Assembly (NCBI GenBank): GCA_964016885.1
Contig: OZ024742.1
Span: 49,414,001 to 49,478,000 of the forward strand
Direction: 5' to 3'
Source of the DNA: Eledone cirrhosa
Taxonomy: Eukaryota
Length of the DNA: 64,000 bases
Shown: positions 53,903 to 64,000 of the stretch, piece by piece
Position numbering within the stretch: the stretch's first letter is position 1
How the letters are laid out: each line of letters opens with the position of its first letter
Made by a program: the position numbers and the translations under genes
The notes under the pieces: model-generated
Told to the model about the DNA's origin: nothing
The model's input: the letters and a program-made list of their open reading frames with translations, nothing else
Database searches by the model: none

Positions 53903-55644
53903 TATAAATGAAATAACAGTAGGCTGGACTGGTGTAAATCCTTGAAAGGTTTATTATACTATGATCATTTCAATGACCGGGTTCCATATGAATCCGGTGA
54001 TATCATCAGGTATTGGAATATAACAAAGGAATATGTAAAAAGCCATGGGTCCGAAAAACCATGGGTCCGGAAAACCAGAGACAGAAAGGGCGGCTGACCA
54101 ACTAGCTTCACAGCCATCCACCCTCAAACTGTTGGCAACCGAAAACTACCAGTGAATATCTGGTAAGGGGGCGCAGGCCTATCATATACTACCACCACTC
54201 CATCAAAGAAGAAGGGAAGAAAGAAAGAAAGGGAGAAAGAAGTGTAGTGTAAGTGTCAAACTACATTCATGTTAGAAAATGCCACGAAAAAAATGCTACC
54301 CAAAGAATCTATAGTGGGTGTCTGTATGGTCTAATGTGGGAACCGAAGATTGGAACGCTAAACTTATGTTGCGAATTATAGGATGAAATAAATTAAATTA
54401 AAAATATTATATTGCAAAATGGTAAATTGAAAAATAGAGGTGGCGAAATTTATTTATTTAACGAACTTACGGAGAGAGTCTTATATGAAAAACATTTTTT
54501 TTATTTAACTCGATAAGATATTAGGATGGGATATAGAGTAAAGATTTCGATTGGGAGTCCCAGCCAGCACACCCACCACCGTGAGTCAGCCAGTCTCGAG
54601 TGGTATCGTCCAGTGAAAGAAATGGAAATTAATTTTTCCGAGTACTCTAGGAACGTAGCTAACTTTGGCCCCGGGATTGCTAGCGGGAACACCACAATTT
54701 CGACAGGCCATCGTCTATACCATGAATACTATTAAATCACACATTAGGGGTTTATTTATGTGTCAATAGAGGCATGATACAGCTAATAGTTGTGCCCAAA
54801 CCTGGAGTTTGTAGGTACAGGTGTAGTTAGGCGGCCAAAACAGGCAGCGCGGTGCGACTGGGGCAGAGCAAGCCACTCCGAGTAATTTCATTAACCGAAA
54901 GAGAAGAAATTTATTTTTCCGAGCACTCAAGGAAGGCTGAACTTTCCGAGGGCCCAGCGTGCAGCCGGGAAAAAGCCACCACACAAGTCAAACAATGAAA
55001 AGTGCAAATTTTAATTTATTTTAAAGTCCCAGTTAGTCCGGGTTATAGGTAGTGTGGTTCTTAGGTGGGTAGGGGGCTATGAAGGTGCATAATGACCTGA
55101 GTAAGGAAAAGTTACAAAAAAATACCAATACATTGATAAAAATAAAATAATAGAAAATAATAAAGTAATAAAATATACATTAATGAGATAGTAAAAAAAT
55201 TAATAAAGGTAAATAAGAGTAAATATAGATAAAGTTGTAGTAAGATAATATAAGTTGTACATATAGATACAGATATAGAGAATGGAGGAGATGGAATGGT
55301 AACAGATTGTACCTAGTGTAAAGTTTGGGTTCCGAATTCAGTGCGAGTCACAAAAAGTATAGAGTAGAGAATACAGTCAATACAATACAAGTTTTAGTAT
55401 AATACGTAGAGTTTTGTTGGAATCAGAATCATCCCGACAAGGAAGTGGTATCAGGTGGCGGTAGATAAGGCACAGAGCAGCCAAAATCTGAATGGCAAGT
55501 AGATCAGTTAATCCCATGCTGGTAATAGCTGTACACTGAAGTCAGTGCCGCTGTTCAATATTACATTTTGAAGTGCTCAACATTATAGGAGCATTATTTC
55601 TTAAGGTTTGTTGGTTCACCACTGGATATATATATAGATATAAA

Positions 55645-55692
<48 letters not shown>

Positions 55693-55760
55693 TGTGTATA
55701 TCTATATCTATATATGTATACATACATATATGTGTGTACATGTACATTTATAAATGCATA

Positions 55761-57298
55761 CTCTACCTGGCATTCGTCGATCTCGAGGAAGCCTTTGACA
55801 GAGTTCCACGTGCTGTAATCTGGTAGGCTCTTAGAAAACTAGGAGTAGATGAATGGCTTGTGAAAGCTGTACAAACCATGTATAGGGGAGCAGTCACCAA
55901 ATTTAGGATTAGCAATAAGTATAGCGAGGAATTTAGCGTAGAGGTTGGGGTCCACCAGGGCTCTGTACTTAGCCCTCTCCTGTTCATCATAGTCCTGCAG
56001 GCAAATACGGAGGAGTTTAAGACAGGATGCCCATGGGAACTCCTGTATGCTGATGACCTCGCACTTATAGCTGAATATATCGTAGAACTAGAGAAAAAAT
56101 TCCAAACTTGGAAGCAGGGACTAGAAAGAAAGGGTGTCAAAGTCAACATGACAAAGACTAAGGTCCTTGTAAGTAGACGAGAAAACAGAACCCAGATCCC
56201 CTCAGGGAAATGGCCTTGCTCAGTATGTAGGAAAGGTGTAGGTAGGAACTCCATTCTCTGCCCCAAATGCAAACAATGGGTACACAAGAGATGTAGCGGG
56301 ATCTCAGGAAGCTTAATTAAGAATGTAGGCTTCACATGCAGCAGCTGTACTGGGACAGCAAGCAGCAAACAGCCCCAGGAAACAAGTACCACCAATCTCT
56401 GGGAGGGCTCTGTACAGACAGTAGACAGCTTCTGCTACCTTGGTGACCGAATTAGCAGCAGAGGTGGGTGTTCAGAAAGTACAATAACTAGGGTAAGAAC
56501 AGGATGGAAGAATTTCAGGGAACTACTACCACTGCTAGCTGCAAAAGGCTTCTCTCTCAAAATGAAAGGCAGACTGTATGATGCGTGTATCCAAACAGCA
56601 ATGTTACATGGTAGTGAGACCTGGACGCTGAAGGTGGAAGACTTACGTAGATTAGAGAGAAACGAAGCTTACATGCTCCGATGGATGTGTAATAGTAATA
56701 TACGCGACCGACAAAGCATAAATGAATTGAGAGAGAGACTGAGCATAAGAGGAATCAAATGCTGTGTGCAGGAGAGGCGGTTGCGTTGGTATGGACATGT
56801 GATGCGTATGAAGGATGACAGCTGCATAAAAATGTGCAGAGCACTAGAAGTCGATGGAAGCCGCGGAGACCCAAGATGACCTGGGATGAGGTGATAAAAG
56901 CCGACCTTACCCAATTATACCTCTCAAAGGTGATGACACACGACCGTGACCTCTGGCATCACGCAGTAATACAGAGTACCCGACCTCCCATGGGTACAAA
57001 CTGAAGCATATAGACAATATGCCTCCACATCCTCCCACTGCAAAGTGGTCGTGGAGGTGCCACGGCAAAAAAGCACCCAGCCCACACTGTAAAGTGGACG
57101 TGTAGGCGCCACGAAAAAGCACCCAGCACTCACTGTAAATGAGGTTGGTGTTAGGAAGGGCATCCAGCTGTAGAAATCAAACCAAATCAGTTCCTGTATG
57201 AGCAAGGCATGGTCAGCCGACCATACACTGCCCACAACAGGACAACCCATCTAACCCATGCTAGCGTGGAAGAACGGACGTAAAACGGTGATGATGAT
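55761..57298 (+). mobile_element. 5'-truncated RTE LINE, second subfamily (pseudogenised)
   Basis: [13 protein letters not shown], a nonsense TAG at about 55824, the RT ORF 55860-56879 with YADD and the same Cys/His finger, a frameshift at GRPR, then 3' UTR and (GAT)n. Confidence 0.92.
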
Positions 57299-58519
57299 AT
57301 ATATATAATAGGAAAAGAGATAAGATTCCCACAACAGGTATATTTTAAATCCTTTGCTACCATAAGCCTTTTGTCTGATAAGACAATGAATAACATGCTG
57401 ATGGTGTAGTATGTAGGCAGAGGGAGGGTGGTCATTCCTAGATTGTAGCTAGGAAATATGCATGTTGCACCAGGGTAGCAGTGTTTTGTTTCAGTATTTA
57501 GTGAGGGGGGGGGGGGATAAAATAAAATAAAAGAAAAGGTATGAAAAGATGAGAAAATATTTTTCATATTATTCTCTGAATGTTGAAAAGTGTATTATAC
57601 AAAAAACACGTGAGAGAGAAAACTGAAGATTAAGCTATCACTGAAATAACAGGAAGTATATTAATAAATAAATATATATCTTGATATATAGAGAGAAAAA
57701 TAATAAAGAAAAGTTAAATCAGAATTTTGCAAAATTATTAGGCAAGCTGATTATGAAATATCTCTTTATGTCAGACAAAATGGCTACAACAGTTTTTGTT
57801 CATAATAAATATTAATTAAAAAAATGATAAATAAATGAATATAAAAACGTCTTTGAAATATCAATTGTTCGATCTATTCTTTGTTTCTCTTGTTCTGTAT
57901 TTTTCTCTCCCTTTTTCTCTGTCTCTCTCAATCTCTGTCTCCATCTCTGCCTCTCTAGATTTATCACTTTCTCCGCCTCTCCTATCATTATGTGTTTATT
58001 GCTTTTACTCTCTCAATCATTTTGTCCCTGTGTATTTGTCACTCTGTCCCTATTTCTCTCTCTCTCTTGTTCTTACTCTTTCTCTCAATCTATGCCTCTG
58101 TCTCTCTCTTCCTTTTCAATCTATCTCTGTATTATTTTTTATATAAAACAACTATCTTGTCAGTGTTTGATCCTGTTCATATATAATTCAATTCTTTTTC
58201 TTTGTTGTCTGTTTCTTGATTTTTTGTTTTGATTTTTCTTATTTTCTTATTTTATATATATTTCTTTTTTGTGTGTATTTATTCCATTTGATATATGTTG
58301 TGTTATGTTACGTTTGTATTTTTTTTGTTTTTCCTTTTACTATTTTTTACTTATTTTCAATTCTTCTTTCCTTCCTTTGTATCATCTTTACATGTATGCA
58401 AGAATGTATGCACATACACACATACACACACAGATTTCCCATTCTTCACATGTATGTATGAATATATGCACACACACACACGGACATCTCTTTCTCTCCT
58501 TCTCTCTCTGTCTCTCTCA

Positions 58520-58550
<31 letters not shown>

Positions 58551-61500
58551 CACACACACAGACTCACACATATAAACAAAAGGCACATACACTATCAGCA
58601 CAACAACAATTCTGCCTAGTTAAAATTTAAAGTTGTCAGTTTAGGTGTGTGCTAAAAATAAGCCCTCACTTTAGCCAAATTAAGAGATATTTGCTATGGT
58701 GCTGTCATGCCTTTCCTGCCCTCCCACATACATACCCAGCCCACTACACCAAGCCTTCACCCAGCCTGTCCTACAACAATGATCCTCTTTTAAGGTTCTC
58801 TTATTATAATTTCAGAACAAAATGGTACATTGTTTATATTTCATTTATTGTTTGACCTGAATAAAGCATAATTTCTTCTTTTCTCTATATCAATCAATAA
58901 CAATTCAGATAGTGTTTATTTTTAGCTTGGCATATTGAATTGTGATGGACACACAAATATTTCTGCCACATAATACTTTTTGTCTTTGTTTAATACCTGT
59001 GCAGTGCTGATTCAGCAGACTTATGATCAAAAGCATTCCTACACCAAGGAAGGTGTGTCTTAGTGTGGAATGTATTTGAGCAAGGGTCTACACAATCAGC
59101 ACTTTGTATGTGTCTACTCAATAACCCCAAGAACTGTATTATATTTTAGGGTTATAACTACGATTAGATTATCTAAATCGTACTTTTAGGAATAAATCTG
59201 ACCTCTCCTCTGTGCGTAGATCAAACTTGTCACTTTGGTCATAAAGCCTGCTTTTATTTTCAAATCCTCAGAAGAAGAGAAGAGGATTGAAGTAAGACAA
59301 TCCATTTTACACCAGTTGTTACCTCTGTTGCCCTCAATTCTTTGACTGCCACTTTGATCTCTCAAATTGGGGTGGGGGCATTATTCCCGAGAATGGAGCT
59401 TTTAATATGGAATGGTTGATGTAGGGGATATTTGTAGCTGTTCTTTGTGGCAATAATTTTGAGCAGAGCTCAAATAGGATGTTTAACTTATTAAGCTTAT
59501 TTATTTTTGTTGTTATTTATTTCTGTTTTGAGTTTTTAGAATTTGCTGTGTGTATTTGACAAATATATCATCATCACCATTTAATATCTATTTACTAGCT
59601 TGCATAGATTAGACTACACCACAGTAAAAATGTGGAGATACATTGTTGTTGTTTCTTCTCAGGTCAGTCATGGTCAGCTATGGTAAAAGGCATTCCAGCT
59701 CCTTTACAATAAGATGCAATTTGAAGGAATTTAATTGTTGTTTCAAGCAAGTTTACAGACTATGTAGGGCATTCATAGTTAGCCCAATGGGAACAATGGG
59801 GAGGCCACATCATTGGTCCATGCTAAATGTTTCTTTAGGAATGAATAACAGATATGTTACTGTTTATTATGGTTGTGGTTCTTCTTTTTCTTGCATATGT
59901 GACTGTTGCTGTCTCAGGTTGTCTTTTGCCTGATCGAGATCAGAGATGAGTTTCCAGGGCCCACCATATGGAGGTCGATAACTTGGACCCCAAAATTATG
60001 GAGGTGAAAATAATGGTATCTAAAGACAAGCAGTTGTTTGGGGGCAGGGTAATCGAATATAATGCCCCACAGTACATGACTTGTATATAGTTTCTCAACC
60101 TCAGAAAGATGTAAATCAAAGTTGACCACAGCTTCATTTGAACTCAGAATGTTAAGAAATAGAATATTGCTATGTAGTTGTCCTATGTTCTGATAGCTCT
60201 ACATCCATGACGATGATGATGGTTATGGTGGTGATTTCTGAAAATTTTGATGATGACGTATATTTCGGATTAATAATACTTAACAATTCTAAACCAATAT
60301 TTTCTAGTCATAAAATACAAATGATTCAATACAAACTTGTGCTTTTAATCAATGATATTTATCTCATTCATTTAATGGTTTCACTCGTTGGACTGTGGCT
60401 ACACTGGAGTACAGACTTAATCTGCCAAAATATGTGAAATAACACTATTACTGAACTATTATTGTTTTCTTTTCTTAGTTTCTTTAATTGTTGGGTTTTC
60501 TAATTTTCTGATATTTCAGTTTACAATCATTCAGTGTGTTAAAAATCTTATTTTGTTTAACTTCATATTGAAGTCTCTCAGCCAATTTATTGATGTTTCA
60601 TTCTGTTTTTTTTTTCTGGTAAAATGTTAAGCCAAAATAATTAAATTTTCCTTGTTTCCATCAAACATAGTGATATATTTTTGGCATTTTTCATAATCCC
60701 ACATGCCATTACTTATAAGTCATTTTTTCTATAAGTAAAAAGAAAAATTGTGGAAAAATAAACTGATGAATAAATATCGAAATATATAAACTATTTACTG
60801 CTATCAACAGAGAGGAGATGCCATCCATTTGTTGAACAAAAATCTAGTTGTGTGTAACTAGCAAGTTATATAAATTGAAAGTTTGGGCAAGAGCAATATA
60901 AATTTCTTGAATACAATACAAAAAATGTATTATCATTAAAAAATAAAATGAAAATAAAAAGTAATTGATAGAAAAAAAAGAACAGGAAGAATCTTTTGCA
61001 AATATTTTTAGCATTTTATCAATAATAGTGACCAAAACATTTATTATTCTGCATATAAGCTACTGTCATGATTAGTGAAAATAAAATTATATCTGAGTAA
61101 TTTCATTCTATTTTATAGATTTCTTGGGAAAAAAAATTACATTGAAAAACCAAATGTTTTATGTTGTTTTTCCATTGTCCCCAATTAAACTATTCATGCA
61201 AGTAACCAACTGAAAACAAAAACTGCTATAATAATTGCCCTATGTAGTTTCTTCTTCAGTGGCAGTGGTGGCAGCACTTTCTCCATTGTCTGATACACCA
61301 TCATTATATTTGGCTTCACCATCTTCTTTTGTGTATCCTCTTCTTTCTTCCAAGAATGTTAAGAGGTCTGGGTACCCAGACATGTCTTCCAGATGGTCCT
61401 ATCAGAGACAATCATCTCTATATGAACCAATTGGTTCCCCAAGTAAGAACAACTGATGTTTTGGACATTATTCAACCAGATTTCTCATGATTTGCCTCTG

Positions 61501-62279
61501 GATCTCCTGCCGGGTTACTTTGTCCATAAAATCTGTCCTGCATTTCTTTTCTAAGACATTCCCCATATGTAGTATAAAATACTTCTCTCACTAATTCTGT
61601 TGCTCCAGTTCATATTTGTAGAATAAGAAGTGACTTATGATAATTATGCATCTCTCTCTCTCATGCTCTCTCACTCTGATATTTTAAAATATGAAGATTA
61701 ATGTATGTTTTTGGTTTTTTTCTATTTTGGCTACATATAGCAGTAATCAAACATAGCTGCAATCGAATTGCTGAAACCAGTAAAAAACATAAAACAATTA
61801 GTGACTATCGTGTCTCAAATAGTTATTTTAGTTGCATTTATTTAGCATTATGAAGAGATGTTTACCTTTCCTCCTTTTGAGATTGATAAAGAAAATACTG
61901 GGGTTGATAACCTTCTCATTCCCTCCTATTTCTCTCTCTAGAAGTAAATAGCAGTGTTCAGAGTTGGGGACAGAAAGGGCCAGGTTTAAAATGCCTAAGA
62001 AATGCCATATTTCACTACAGTGGGCCTCAATTCCACCAGGAGTTATGGGTTCATACAAGTTTAGAATGAAAGTGATAAAATCAATATTTGCTGTTTCAAA
62101 TTCTAATATTAGAAGATATTGTACACAAAAAATTCCTTCATCAACAGATTCATCCAATGAATAGTGACATGCATTTTAAGCCTACCAGAGCCCATTTCCC
62201 CTTCAGGTTTCTTCCAGAGAAGGAGAGATAGAGAGAGGGTGATAGAAAAGCGAGAAAGTAATATGGATAAAGAAACGAC

Positions 62280-62870
62280 CTCAGTATTAGACTGGTACTT
62301 TACTTATCGACCTTGAAAAGATAAACGGGGAGGTTGATTTCAACAGGGTTTGAACTCGGAGAGCTGGATCAAATACCACAAAGTATTCTATGCAACATTC
62401 TAACGACTCTGCAAATTCACTCCCTGTCCCATATTGAAGAGATTTTTAAAATGATAAGATTATCTAGCAGGCTGAGTAGATAAGGCGATTAATTGAATTT
62501 CTAATATTAGACTACACTGCATATTTTTGTTATTACTAATAATTTATCGCAGCTAAGTATACATATTTTAACTGCAGTGTGTAGCTACATATATAGATTT
62601 ATTAACGCACATGATATTCATATCTTGAAGACATTGTCGAATTATTTATATTATTGATTTCTAATTTAGGTACAAGGCCAGCAAAATTAAAGGAAGTGTA
62701 AAGTCAGTTAAATTGGCCCCAGCACATTACTGGTATTTTATTTTAACAAGTCAAGAAGGTTTGAAATAAATTAGACCTCATCAGAATTTGAACACAGAAT
62801 GTAAGTTTGCAGAAAAAATACCACAATAGCATTTTATCCAATGCTTTGCCGATTCTGCTAAGCCACCACA
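62280..62870 (-). mobile_element. Two degenerate SINE family C copies
   Basis: ACTGGTACTTT..TTATCGACC...TTTGAACTC and TTTAGGTACAAGGCCAGC...CATTACTGGTA motifs. Confidence 0.6.
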
Positions 62871-63587
62871 TTCGTAGAAGTAAATACTGAAAAATTTTCA
62901 TCTATTCACCTTATTGAAAAAGATTCATCTTAGATGCCTGTAACATATATTATAAATCCAGTGCCTAATTAAGATGTTTAAAATATGTAATGAATTTGAT
63001 AGATAAATTAAACATATAAATAAAAATACAAACATTCATTGTGTGCAAATTATGGAAGCCCATTGATATAACTTACAAATTTAGTTCTCAGATTTAACAA
63101 TTTTCTATAAGGAACACAACTTATTGGGAATAGGAAATCATGTGAAATCACGAAGTTCCTCAGTTGAAAAAAAACCCCAAAAGCAGCAGGGCAGGTGCCC
63201 CCAGAGATTTAGTTGTATTAAAATATAATTGTTTCTGCTTTAGACACAAGGCCAGCAATTACCCAGTGCATTACTGGTACTATATATTAAAATATAATGA
63301 TGCGAAAAAAAGTTGAATGCATTTCAAGATATATCTCAAATAGATTTTTAGTCTTTCTTAACTCCGATATGAAGCTAATGAGAATGCCAGGAGAATACTG
63401 CAATCCCCTTAGCATTCTGAGTTAAGGCCAACATTTTACAATTTGAAGGCAAAGCAATTCATTGAGTTGGAAATTTGCCCATGACCACCCAGAAAGCCTA
63501 TGTTTCTCAGAACAAATTTTCACATCAGTTGTTCAACAAATCTTCACTGTAAAAGATTAACCACCATATCAAAACAGTATGAGAGTG

Positions 63588-63618
<31 letters not shown>

Positions 63619-63626
63619 ATGTGTGT

Positions 63627-63658
<32 letters not shown>

Positions 63659-63963
63659 ACATATATATTCTGTTCTATGTATAAAAATCATCACGCATGC
63701 TACACATGTATATATTTGTGTAAATATATGTATATATATGTGTGTGTCTGTATATATGTAAAAAATGTATGTATATGAATATGTTTATATGTGCTCAATA
63801 GTAAAGTAGAGAATATTATATATTTATTGTATCATGAAGATAATTATCTGTTGCTAGTCTGAGTTTAGCAGGTTGCAGTTCTGTGAATTTATCTATACAT
63901 GTTTGCAATTATATCACATCATTTTCATATGCATGCATGTGTAGCATGTATGTGTGTGAATGC

Positions 63964-64000
<37 letters not shown>

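Noticed and set aside
52497-56395. Minus-strand ORFs of 124-210 aa
   Set aside because: They are antisense shadows of the RTE ORFs.
61235-61620. Possible coding exon
   Set aside because: It is interrupted by stops, with only faint similarity to an ancient RTE C-terminus on the minus strand, too weak to call.
61828-62157. 109-aa minus-strand ORF
   Set aside because: It has no recognisable motif or splice context.

Overview
This is AT-rich, microsatellite-dense eukaryotic DNA. Its repeat content resembles an octopus/coleoid cephalopod genome (inference). Most short ORFs in the track are microsatellite or antisense artefacts. The only long ORF (50482-53502) is a nearly complete RTE-clade LINE: APE endonuclease, RT, and a C4HC3 PHD-type zinc finger inserted inside the RT domain. 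A second, 5'-truncated RTE copy lies at 55761-57298, and several older RTE remnants are scattered. Two tRNA-headed SINE families are present, one borrowing the RTE 3' tail. There are also TTAA/piggyBac-like and hAT-like MITEs, a degenerate Penelope-like RT, a CRE-like remnant and local duplications. Three observations stand out. (1) Several foldback or tandem+inverted islands carry minimal type I hammerhead ribozymes: two with intact-looking cores (10270-10315 and 45655-45699, both minus strand) and several decayed ones, pointing to a non-coding Penelope/retrozyme-like family. (2) A variable-copy array of co-varying H-type pseudoknots sits in the RTE/SINE 3' tail. (3) Two small candidate host exons splice in frame to encode a signal peptide.
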